Shown here: positions 1 to 7,993 of the stretch, piece after piece
Position numbering within the stretch: position 1 is the first letter of the stretch
Layout: every line of letters begins with the position of its first letter
Source: Desulfosporosinus sp. BRH_c37
GTDB lineage: Bacteria > Bacillota > Desulfitobacteriia > Desulfitobacteriales > Desulfitobacteriaceae
Direction of reading: 5' to 3'
DNA: 32,000 nt
NCBI GenBank assembly: GCA_001516045.1
Contig: LOEW01000166.1
Coordinates: 47,220-79,219, forward strand
Notes under the pieces: generated by a model
Told to the model about the DNA's origin: nothing
Database searches by the model: none
Seen by the model: only the letters and a program-made list of their open reading frames with translations
Translations under genes and position numbers: made by a program

Positions 1-474
1 ACTTTAGTGAATGATGATGAAATGATTGAAGCATTGAAATCCGGAAAAGTAGGTAGATATGTCACTGATTTCCCCAATCCAAAGGTAGCAGCTATGGAAA
101 ATGTCATTGCAATTCCACACTTAGGCGCGTCTACGAATGAATCAGAAGATAACTGTGCGGTTATGGCTGTTCAGCAATTGATGGATTACCTTGAAAATGG
201 GAATATTAAAAATTCGGTGAACTATCCTAACTGTGATATGGGTGTATGTACTCATGCTGGACGGATCGCCATTAATCATAGAAATATACCAAATATGCTA
301 AGCCAATTCACATCAACTTTTGCAAATCAGAACATTAATATTCCCGACATGATTAATAAAAGTAAAGGACAGTATTCCCTTACTATACTCGATATTGACT
401 CCCCTTCGACCCCTGAAATAGCAAATAAGATTAGAGAAATTGACGGAGTTTTGAAAGTAAGAATTATTAAATAA
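1..474 (+). CDS. serA: D-3-phosphoglycerate dehydrogenase, C-terminal part (5' end lies outside the window)
   Basis: Frame 1 is open from base 1. IPHLGASTNESEDNCA matches the end of a 2-hydroxyacid dehydrogenase catalytic/NAD domain. It is followed by an ACT-like regulatory tail (YSLTILDIDSP...IDGVLKVRIIK). Stop TAA at 472-474. Confidence 0.8.
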   Translation, partial: TLVNDDEMIEALKSGKVGRYVTDFPNPKVAAMENVIAIPHLGASTNESEDNCAVMAVQQLMDYLENGNIKNSVNYPNCDMGVCTHAGRIAINHRNIPNMLSQFTSTFANQNINIPDMINKSKGQYSLTILDIDSPSTPEIANKIREIDGVLKVRIIK

Positions 475-850
475 GTGGGAAAACCTTTAATCCGCTTCTG
501 TCTGAGTTCACCCAGCCCCTTACCGCTTGTTGCCGTAAAGCCCCTAGCTTCAGCTATGGTGATATAAGGCAAATCTAAAGATTTCATTGTATGCAATAGT
601 ATGGTATAATTAGGCAAGCGTCAAGACACGGGCGTTATACTATCGCTAATGTTGTCGATGGACTGCTTGGTAGTAAAGTCTTAGGGAAATAGACCAGCCT
701 TTATATGTTGTACCTTGCAGATGAGTGCTATACCTGTAAGCGAGAGTATATTGAAAGTCTTCGTACCTAAGAACCCACCAGCTTTAGCTGTGTAGAGTTT
801 CAGGCCAAATTGTTTCAGATATGGAATGAAATTAGTATGTTCTCCACGTA

Positions 851-897
851 ACAAGTCTCCGACAAAGCATGTTTGTCGGAGACTTGTTTTCAATTTT
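851..897 (+). terminator. Rho-independent terminator-like hairpin: 16-bp perfect stem with a T-rich tail on the plus strand
   Basis: ACAAGTCTCCGACAAA (851-866), loop GCATG, TTTGTCGGAGACTTGT (872-887), then TTTTCAATTTT. It lies 34 nt beyond the stop of the minus-strand ATPase gene, so it may act on both strands. The U-tract is only on the plus strand. Confidence 0.6.
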
Positions 898-920
898 GCA
901 TAATATGCTGTACAAGGATA

Positions 921-2138
921 TTATTCGTCATCGACAATACAACCATCTAGGGAAGGCAATTCCTCCTCTTGATATTGTGGTTCTCCAAGGGCATTGATTT
1001 GAATAGTCCCGGCCTGTCCGTACTGATAAAGCTGATCCAACACTTCTACGGCAGCACGAATTCTGGTTCTTAACAGGTATCCTCTATTTTCCGAGGCTTT
1101 TAGCACTTCTCTTACATCAATCTTCGGTTGCCAATCATAGGCTTGACCGTGAAAATCCTGAACCTGTTTAAGAACAGCCAAGATTTCATCCTGGTTCAGC
1201 GGTTGAAGCTGGGGTGCGGAAATAATAGCGTTGATTACTTTTTCGATGGGCTCCCGTTGGGCACGATCCACATAAGTTGTGGCGAGGTTTTCAAACTCAT
1301 GCTTAGACTCTATGACATCCTCTTGATACGATGCCCCCAAAGCGAACATGGTAAAAGTTGATTCGAGGCGCGAATATTTATCAGGAAACAAGAACGATGC
1401 CATATTATTATAAGCCTTGAGGCGGGCTTTTTTGCCCAGACGGCCGACCAATTCTGTTTCATCAAACAAGATAACCCAACCATTGTAACCCAGCAATTTA
1501 AAGAGGTGACTTAACATCGTGTAGTAATCCATACTGTGACGAGTTTTACTAAAGGGAACGGCGTACTTGACTGTTTGGGCAAAAATCCGTTTGTAGATCT
1601 GTCTCAAAAGGGCATTATTGATAAAGTCACCCTCTAGATCCGACATGAGTAGGTATTTTTCATCCGAATCATCCACGTTTAGAAAGGACCGCAAAACGAA
1701 AAACAACTTGTCAGTCTCTAAGTGTTTACTGGTAAAGGAGATCATATCTTGAGCAATGGGATTATTCGGAGTAATATCTTGCATGATATGTTGAAATCCT
1801 GGTTGCAGACGCCCTGGCAGGTATGTATTGCTAACCAGTTTCTGATAGGCTAGATAAAGTTTGTCAAACGGGGTTTCCTTACTTAGGGAAACCAGGCTGA
1901 CCACCATATTGTTGCTATGGGCTAGATTAAACACAGTATTTAAAAGGTGGGTTTTACCCTCTCCGTACTTTCCAGAAACAACCATACCAGTGGATTCTCC
2001 GGTGTCTCTAATCCGGTCTAACTTGCGGGAGATCTGCTCCATTAATTCTGGACGGGCTGAGGAGAAGTAATGTCCAACCGCCCGAGAAGACACTCCCGAA
2101 CGCAAGGCTTCAATAACTCGCTGCGCTTCAAAATCCAT
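921..2138 (-). CDS. P-loop ATPase, BrxD/DUF2791-like (downstream paralogue of a tandem pair)
   Basis: 405-aa ORF. N-terminal AQRVIEALRSGVSS segment, Walker A GKYGEGKT, Walker B VILFDE. The ATG at 2136-2138 shares one base with the TAA (2138-2140) of the upstream paralogue (TAATG), indicating translational coupling. Confidence 0.75.
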   Translation of the reverse strand: MDFEAQRVIEALRSGVSSRAVGHYFSSARPELMEQISRKLDRIRDTGESTGMVVSGKYGEGKTHLLNTVFNLAHSNNMVVSLVSLSKETPFDKLYLAYQKLVSNTYLPGRLQPGFQHIMQDITPNNPIAQDMISFTSKHLETDKLFFVLRSFLNVDDSDEKYLLMSDLEGDFINNALLRQIYKRIFAQTVKYAVPFSKTRHSMDYYTMLSHLFKLLGYNGWVILFDETELVGRLGKKARLKAYNNMASFLFPDKYSRLESTFTMFALGASYQEDVIESKHEFENLATTYVDRAQREPIEKVINAIISAPQLQPLNQDEILAVLKQVQDFHGQAYDWQPKIDVREVLKASENRGYLLRTRIRAAVEVLDQLYQYGQAGTIQINALGEPQYQEEELPSLDGCIVDDE

Positions 2139-3358
2139 TATTCTGCTCCTTCCTGCAAAGTAGTGAAGGCTACTTTTCGAGGCAACGAAACTTTGCCAAA
2201 CCGGGACCGGGCGTGGAGTTCTTCCGCCGTGTTCAAGCTTATAGGAGTGGCCCCTGCATCGAAACGGTTTATGACCTGAGCCAGACGGGTGGACATTTTT
2301 AGGATATTTTCTGGTGTATAGACCTCATCAATCAGACGATCTAAATCCACAATATCAGCGAATCGGTTAAAACGCTTGCCTTCGATTTCATTTTGTATAC
2401 GCATCCACAACGCCTGATAAGACTTCATACCCCTCACATCATCATCGATTAGACTGCGATCGAACGAAAAAACGAACATGGTGTGCTTTAAGGTGTCAAT
2501 TTCATCGATCAATTCGCGAATACTCTCATAGGCGTCTTCCCGTTTTAAACGAGAATAACGAATAGCTTCTGCACTATCTGCGCTCACAAGAACTTCCATG
2601 TTATCAATAGATATCACCAGACCCTTGAATCCGGCCAGACAGCAGACCTCTACGAGGGAACGCAGCATATGCCGGGCATTATATTTGGTGATTTTACTCG
2701 GCGACAAACCCAGACGGCGCAGGGAAGACAATTTAGCTTCCCGACTTCCCTCCAGCCATAACATCAACAGCTTACAGTTGGCTTCTTCCAAGGTGGGGTG
2801 TCCCAAAATTCCGCCGGTCAACATGGCGCAGGCAAGAGCAAAGTTATTATCAATTAGGGGGTTGTCGAGAAAGAGCTTTTCCAACTGGTGCCTTATCTCC
2901 CGCTTGGTCAACGGCTCTAGCAGTCCCTGGCTGGATAAGTAATCCGCAAAGCTAATATTTTCTGGAATAATCTCGGGATCATACCCCAACTGCCGGATAA
3001 CCTCGTGGCTGCAGAGTTGTAAGCGTGCCAGTAGATTCACCTGGTGCAATATTGCTGTATAGATTTCCTTAAAATCATGAAGCCAGAGTTCCCGAGCTGA
3101 GAGATCAACCGAGATATAGCCCATGTTTTCTGCTTCCATAGCCAATATTTCCAGGAAATGTGTCTTTCCGCTCCCAGTACGTCCCGTCACGAACTTTATC
3201 TTGCTGCCTCCCTTAGCCAGATAGTTCTCCAGATATTTTTCCTTCCAAAAATCCATAATAAACTCGCTGCCCACAGATATTTCTTGCAGGATTTCGCGAT
3301 TACCTGGAGCTTGTCCCTTCCTTAAACTGGCTAGGGCAGCTTTAATATCATTTTTCAA
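2138..3358 (-). CDS. P-loop ATPase, BrxD/DUF2791-like (upstream paralogue, atypical Walker B)
   Basis: 406-aa ORF. TTG start at 3356-3358 with GGGAGG 8 nt upstream. ALASLRKGQAP segment and Walker A GRTGSGKT. The Walker-B-like strand is LVISIDN (Asp-Asn instead of Asp-Glu). Confidence 0.72.
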   Translation of the reverse strand: MKNDIKAALASLRKGQAPGNREILQEISVGSEFIMDFWKEKYLENYLAKGGSKIKFVTGRTGSGKTHFLEILAMEAENMGYISVDLSARELWLHDFKEIYTAILHQVNLLARLQLCSHEVIRQLGYDPEIIPENISFADYLSSQGLLEPLTKREIRHQLEKLFLDNPLIDNNFALACAMLTGGILGHPTLEEANCKLLMLWLEGSREAKLSSLRRLGLSPSKITKYNARHMLRSLVEVCCLAGFKGLVISIDNMEVLVSADSAEAIRYSRLKREDAYESIRELIDEIDTLKHTMFVFSFDRSLIDDDVRGMKSYQALWMRIQNEIEGKRFNRFADIVDLDRLIDEVYTPENILKMSTRLAQVINRFDAGATPISLNTAEELHARSRFGKVSLPRKVAFTTLQEGAE

Positions 3359-3383
3359 GTCTATTACCTCCCATCAAATTGAT

Positions 3384-3411
3384 GTTCGAGGCACGAAGTT
3401 CGAGGTTCGAG
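3384..3411. repeat. Heptamer direct repeats GTTCGAG / GCACGAA / GTTCGAG / GTTCGAG in the spacer between the 273-aa gene and the first ATPase gene
   Basis: Read directly: three exact GTTCGAG copies at 3384-3390, 3398-3404 and 3405-3411, with one diverged unit between them. Each contains the self-complementary TTCGA core, so alternative hairpins are possible. Confidence 0.6.
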
Positions 3412-3486
3412 TGCATATGCTTTTTTAGGCCTTGAATGACTTCGTAGCGAGTTTTCGTTCTCTGATGCATGCATATTTTCATCAAA

Positions 3487-4308
3487 TCAGCTCAATTCCG
3501 GTAACGGTACCGTAGGTGCTGTAGTCCCGAAAAAACGGATGGTTGCCAAATACTGTTCCCGACCATCCTGATCAAGGATGCGGATAGCCTTGTTGATATT
3601 GCGACTGGGGCCAAATTGAAACTTCCGTCCATCCTCACAGGTACGTAGGTCAGCTGCATAAAGGCGGGCCAAGTCGAAGGCAAAACTCTGCAGGTCATAA
3701 TCTTTACGGAAGCGACGCATCGGGGTTAAAAGGGTGTAAAGACTCTTTAGATAAATATCCCCGACCGCCGAAGTTAATAATTTACCCTGGTTTTGCTTTA
3801 GTAGCATCAAATCATAAGCGGTAGCAAGCTCTTTGACGAAGCTCTTGGGATCAAAAGTAGCCTTCAATAGTTTATCCCTACTGGCCTTAACGTCTTGCAC
3901 AAAGGCCAGAGGGCGAAAGCATTGGACGCGTTTTCGATCAAGGTATAAGTCCAGATTCTCTGGATCGATCCTGACCCGGAAAGGAAACATCTCATAAATT
4001 GGATAATCTCCTTTAACGTCCACCTCTAGCCGATCGCAATGAGCTAGCAATTGTTCCACAAAGCTGCCATTTTCCACATAGTCGCGAATCCCGAATTCAT
4101 CAACTTGATTCTGCATCTCTTCCATCAAGGTTTCCTGTTCCTTCAGATAAGTACGCATGGAGGACAGATCCCTAGTCCAGCTCTTAAGATCACCCTTCTC
4201 CATATTTTTGCTCAAGCTCTTAAATAGTTTTTGCTGACTGTTAATCTTATCCTTGAGCTCTTTTTCGACGCTTAACATTTGTTTATATAAGTCTTCATAA
4301 TCCGTCAT
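3487..4308 (-). CDS. Hypothetical 273-aa protein with a coiled-coil-like N-terminus; first gene of the ATPase operon
   Basis: ATG at 4306-4308 with GAAGGAGA 7 nt upstream. Residues 1-70 are K/E/Q/L-rich (YKQMLSVEKELKDKINSQQKLFKSL...EQETLMEEMQNQVDEF). I recognise no catalytic motif. Confidence 0.7.
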   Translation of the reverse strand: MTDYEDLYKQMLSVEKELKDKINSQQKLFKSLSKNMEKGDLKSWTRDLSSMRTYLKEQETLMEEMQNQVDEFGIRDYVENGSFVEQLLAHCDRLEVDVKGDYPIYEMFPFRVRIDPENLDLYLDRKRVQCFRPLAFVQDVKASRDKLLKATFDPKSFVKELATAYDLMLLKQNQGKLLTSAVGDIYLKSLYTLLTPMRRFRKDYDLQSFAFDLARLYAADLRTCEDGRKFQFGPSRNINKAIRILDQDGREQYLATIRFFGTTAPTVPLPELS

Positions 4309-4344
4309 AGTTCTGTCTCCTTCTTCAATTTTTTAGGGAACGCT

Positions 4345-4359
4345 CACTTCATTGAAGTG
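4345..4359. promoter_or_regulatory. Perfect 15-bp palindrome CACTTCAtTGAAGTG in the divergent control region; candidate operator
   Basis: 7-bp arms around one central base, about 37 nt upstream of the 273-aa gene start, inside the 277-bp region shared with the helicase gene. Confidence 0.35.
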
Positions 4360-4585
4360 GGCATCTCGCAGTTGGATGAATCAAATTACTAATAATCATC
4401 CTAATTTTCATGAGAATGAATGGCTTTGATTCCAAAATCGAATGATTAGTTTTCTTTTTTTGCTAGTGTTCGACACAAAACAGAGTTTTCCTTCCCTGCT
4501 TGCCTCAATAATCCAATAATGTCATACTAATACCATAACAAATATTACATCTAGACAACCATGAGGGAGACTGGGGAGAGAAAGT

Positions 4586-6238
4586 ATGACTTTTCATAAG
4601 CAAACTTCCGCAGAGGCAGCCAAATCCACTTCAAACGTATATGGTCAAGTGAAAAAGCCATTATTTGCCTGGCAGAAGGAATGCCTAGATATCTGGGTTC
4701 AGAATCAAGGCAAAGGGGTTGTGAATGTCGTTACCGGAGCAGGCAAAACGATCCTAGCCTTAGGAGCCATCGCTAGGCTGGAATACATATTGCGTGCAAA
4801 ACAAGCACTAGCCTTAAAAATAAAAATTGTTGTACCCAAGGTTTTTCTGGCAAATCAATGGGTTAAGAGTCTCCAAGACGATCTCTCTGTTTCTAGGGAT
4901 GACATAGGGTTATACTCCGGGATTCACAAAGACCCTCCCTCTCGTAAATATATGATTTATGTGGTAAACTCAGCCCGCAACACGTTAACAAAGCATATTC
5001 TAGACGATTATCATCAGGGTAGCTCCATCTTGTTGATCGCAGATGAATGTCATCACTATTGCAGCCCGGAAAATTCGCGCATATTTAATTTTATGGCTCA
5101 AATCCTAATTGAAGACCAGGCCACACATTACTATGCACTTGGTTTATCCGCCACCCCGGAAACTGCAACCTTTAACCAAACGCTGCTTCCCGCCTTGGGG
5201 CCAGAGATCTTCAAATACAGCTTTGTCGAGGCCTTGAATGCTAATATCATAAGTTCCTTTGCGATCTTTAACATAAAGTTAGCTTTCACTCCGGACGAAG
5301 AGCACCAGTATTTGGATTTAAGCGAACAACTGACGCATGTCCGAGAAAGCCTTATGAATCGCTGTCCTTTCCTGAAAGGCTTAACCAGACTTCAGTATTT
5401 TGCCAGCCTAGAGCAATTGGCGCAAAGTTCTGAGGATGACACCATAGCAGCTCTTGCCCGTTCGCTACTCATGCTTGCCACCAAGCGCAAAGATTTGGTC
5501 TACAGGGCCGAAGCCAGGATAAGCTGTGTCAGCAATCTAGTGACACAGCTCCCGCGAAGTTCAAAGTTCTTGGTCTTTTGCGAAAGAATTGTTGTGGCGA
5601 ACACAATTTATGAACAGTTACAATACCTGTTTCCTGGACAGGTCGGGCGTTATCATTCCGAAATGGACGAGTGGAGTCGCAAAGAAATCCTTCGTAAATA
5701 TCAAGACGCACAAATTCGCATCCTCGTAAGCTGCCGCGCTCTCGATGAAGGGTTGAATGTACCCTCTACAGACATCGGGATCGTCGCATCCTCCACCAGC
5801 AGCAACCGACAGCGCATCCAGAGATTGGGTCGAATCCTGCGCCAGTCTGGCATGAACCGCACCGCCAAACTTTATTACCTATATATTGGTGCATCCAACG
5901 AAGAAAAGGACTTACTGTCCGAGATTTCTCAGGACCTGACAGGGATAATTCCCATCCTGGACATGGAATATGATCAAGATAGCCAGACCTTTCAGCATTC
6001 CTCCTACCAAGCCTTGGCTAACCAAGTCATAGCCTATACTCAGCACAAATGCTGGAGCGCGGAGATCATTGCAGAGATCACTAAAAACCTAGAGCGAGGT
6101 ATGCTGGGATGCGATTGGTGGCTCTCCGAGCAAAACTGCCGCTTGAAAATTCAGAATGCCCCCTCTCGTTCAGAACAGAATTACTGGATTAGCATGCGCT
6201 TACTTGTACAGGCAAGTCTTGGCCGGTTGGCCGAATAA
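4586..6238 (+). CDS. Superfamily 2 helicase (ResIII/DEAD-DEAH type)
   Basis: 550-aa ORF with GGGGAGAG 5 nt upstream of the ATG. Motif I VVTGAGKT, motif II LLIADECHH, motif III LSATPE, motif VI QRIQRLGRILR. The C-terminal ~110 aa have no motif I recognise. Confidence 0.8.
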   Translation: MTFHKQTSAEAAKSTSNVYGQVKKPLFAWQKECLDIWVQNQGKGVVNVVTGAGKTILALGAIARLEYILRAKQALALKIKIVVPKVFLANQWVKSLQDDLSVSRDDIGLYSGIHKDPPSRKYMIYVVNSARNTLTKHILDDYHQGSSILLIADECHHYCSPENSRIFNFMAQILIEDQATHYYALGLSATPETATFNQTLLPALGPEIFKYSFVEALNANIISSFAIFNIKLAFTPDEEHQYLDLSEQLTHVRESLMNRCPFLKGLTRLQYFASLEQLAQSSEDDTIAALARSLLMLATKRKDLVYRAEARISCVSNLVTQLPRSSKFLVFCERIVVANTIYEQLQYLFPGQVGRYHSEMDEWSRKEILRKYQDAQIRILVSCRALDEGLNVPSTDIGIVASSTSSNRQRIQRLGRILRQSGMNRTAKLYYLYIGASNEEKDLLSEISQDLTGIIPILDMEYDQDSQTFQHSSYQALANQVIAYTQHKCWSAEIIAEITKNLERGMLGCDWWLSEQNCRLKIQNAPSRSEQNYWISMRLLVQASLGRLAE

Positions 6239-6245
6239 TAGTAAC

Positions 6246-6285
6246 AACAAGTCCCCGACAAATGCTAGCTTGTCAGGGACTTGAT
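6246..6285. terminator. Hairpin between the convergent helicase and ligase genes; near-copy of the 851-887 hairpin
   Basis: ACAAGTCCCCGACAA (6247-6261), loop ATGCTAGC, TTGTCAGGGACTTGA (6270-6284). One internal mismatch. Flanking U-tracts are weak on both strands. Confidence 0.5.
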
Positions 6286-6295
6286 TGTAATAGTC

Positions 6296-7618
6296 TTAAG
6301 TAATGTGCTGCATAACCCGCTTTGCCGCACCCCGGTTAAACCGTTCAGTTTCAACCTTGATCTGGATAGTCAGTTCATTTCTGTCTATTGCAGATTTGAT
6401 ACCAGGTAAATTTTCCAGTGCACTGTACATGTCTTGCAAGGAAACGACGTTTGCGGTCTTTGCCAGATTAACCTCAATATCAATCAAGTCTTTCCTTCTC
6501 TCGCAAGTAACACTCGTCCGAAAGTCCAATATCCCCGCTAGCGGAAACAATGCCTCATCAAGATCTCCTTGTCGTAGAATGATACCGCTTTTTAAGCTTA
6601 TCTCATCCGCCCGTCTTCCGATTACCAGGTCCATAGTCTTCAAAACGGTACCGCATTGGCAAGGTTGTGGGATAAACCGACTAATGTCTCCGGTACGATA
6701 ACGAATTAACGGCATTCCCTGCGCCGTAAGACTAGTAAAAACGATTTCACCATACTCGCCATCTGGGACTGATTGACCAGTATTACTATCCACTATTTCA
6801 AACAAAAGATCACTTTCCCGTAAATGATATCCACCCAAAGCTTCACATTGAACAGCACCGCCCAAACCCATTTCTGAGGCTCCATAATGATTAAACACCC
6901 GACAATTCCATGTTTTTTCCAGTACTCTCACAATAGCCCTCGGAACATAATCGGTGGACAGAAGAATGCTTTTTAGTTGTGTAGAAAAGGTTTTTAGGCT
7001 AGCCTGATATCTTGCTAAGATAAGAATTTGTACAGGAATGCCAACAAGTACATTCGCCTTTTCTTTTTCCATAATCATTAAAACCTTTTCTGGGTCGACC
7101 ACAACACCATGCTTGATACCAGTGGCTCCCAATCTTTCTAAGGCCTTCTGTAATAGGTCTCCCACACTTCCCGGCAATTCACTAGGAAGAAGAATTAGTA
7201 CCCTGTCACCTGCGCAGGCCAGATTAGTCATTCCATGTTGAAAGTAATCAATAGTAGCTTCCTGATCCTCTGCAGTATAAAATATCCTTTTGGGTTCGCC
7301 TGTCGTTCCAGAAGTCGATATTGTCATAACGCGAGATATCTGTTGCTGGGAAACACAAGAAAAAGCATTTGGATTCCGAAATAAATCTTTTGAAGTAGTG
7401 AAAGGCAATCGCCCCATATCTTCAATGCGAGAAATTGCCCCAGCCTCTACGTCCTTCAGATGTTCACGGTAGAATCGGCTCTCTTTTTTGACCTTGGCAA
7501 TCACTGCATTCAACTGCCTCACTTGATACTGTTCTAGTTGGGCAGTGGTCAACGCTCCTCCAGCAACCCCAAAGATCTTCTGATGTATCCACGCTTCCAA
7601 CGGACTTTTTTTTATCAT
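6296..7618 (-). CDS. Phenylacetate-CoA ligase / coenzyme F390 synthetase family adenylate-forming enzyme
   Basis: 440-aa ORF with AGAGGGG 6 nt upstream of the ATG. AMP-binding motif TSGTTGEPKRIFYT and YGASEMG. The size is typical of the PaaK family. Confidence 0.8.
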   Translation of the reverse strand: MIKKSPLEAWIHQKIFGVAGGALTTAQLEQYQVRQLNAVIAKVKKESRFYREHLKDVEAGAISRIEDMGRLPFTTSKDLFRNPNAFSCVSQQQISRVMTISTSGTTGEPKRIFYTAEDQEATIDYFQHGMTNLACAGDRVLILLPSELPGSVGDLLQKALERLGATGIKHGVVVDPEKVLMIMEKEKANVLVGIPVQILILARYQASLKTFSTQLKSILLSTDYVPRAIVRVLEKTWNCRVFNHYGASEMGLGGAVQCEALGGYHLRESDLLFEIVDSNTGQSVPDGEYGEIVFTSLTAQGMPLIRYRTGDISRFIPQPCQCGTVLKTMDLVIGRRADEISLKSGIILRQGDLDEALFPLAGILDFRTSVTCERRKDLIDIEVNLAKTANVVSLQDMYSALENLPGIKSAIDRNELTIQIKVETERFNRGAAKRVMQHIT

Positions 7619-7778
7619 TCATGACCCCTCTGTTTATATATAGAATTACCAGTTATGTCGCTTAAATAATATGCACAAAACGGTATTACATTTCCTGCCG
7701 GACTTAGCACATGCAAACTGCATTCGCGCAGCCGTTCTAAATCAATTGTCCGCTAAAAGAGCGGGTTTTCTTTTCACT

Positions 7779-7961
7779 TCAGGAATGGTACGAAGGTTCT
7801 TCCTGACCCCGCCATATTACTGTGGAAAAATCCCCATGCTCTGCACATGTTTTTTGAAGGTAGATATCCCCGCCTACCAGTTTATTCCTAGCAGGAATTA
7901 TTTGAAGACAGACCGGACAAACACTCTGGGTATCGTGAAGAGCGGTCTCAAACTTGTTCAT
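7779..7961 (-). pseudogene. N-terminal zinc-ribbon fragment of a radical-SAM (COG1964-like) gene; the catalytic body is missing
   Basis: 60 aa with CPVCLQIIPA...KTCAEHGDF, the N-terminal signature of this radical-SAM group. There is no CxxxCxxC. It ends at TGA (7779-7781) and is followed by about 160 bp without an ORF. A GGAG SD sits 5 nt upstream, so a mini-protein could still be made. Confidence 0.5.
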
Positions 7962-7993
7962 GACGTCTCCATTTTAAGCATTTAGTGCTACTC

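Noticed and set aside
327-893. Minus-strand ORFs 327-617 (96 aa) and 681-893 (70 aa)
   Set aside because: The first is antisense to the serA 3' end. The second starts inside the 851-887 hairpin and runs through the repeat copies. Neither has an SD or a recognisable motif. Their shared (A/K)A(R/G)GF peptides simply reflect the duplicated DNA motif.
3359-3480. 44-aa minus-strand mini-ORF (MKICMHQRTKTRYEVIQGLKKH...) in the operon spacer
   Set aside because: It has no convincing SD. It overlaps the SD and start of the ATPase gene in another frame. I have no means of checking conservation.
921-6238. Calling the cassette a BREX system
   Set aside because: Only BrxD-like ATPases are present. No PglX methyltransferase, PglZ, BrxC/PglY, BrxA/B or BrxL is seen anywhere in the 32 kb.
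7737-7781. Possible selenocysteine recoding of the TGA that ends the radical-SAM stub. A small hairpin (CCGCT-cuuuu-AGCGG) lies about 14 nt downstream, and the related family is reported as a (seleno)protein.
   Set aside because: Read-through in frame gives only 13 more codons (SEKKTRSFSGQLI) before TAG at 7737-7739. Recoding therefore cannot restore a radical-SAM domain.
7671-7985. 104-aa plus-strand ORF
   Set aside because: It is antisense to the radical-SAM stub and spans non-coding DNA. It has no SD or motif.
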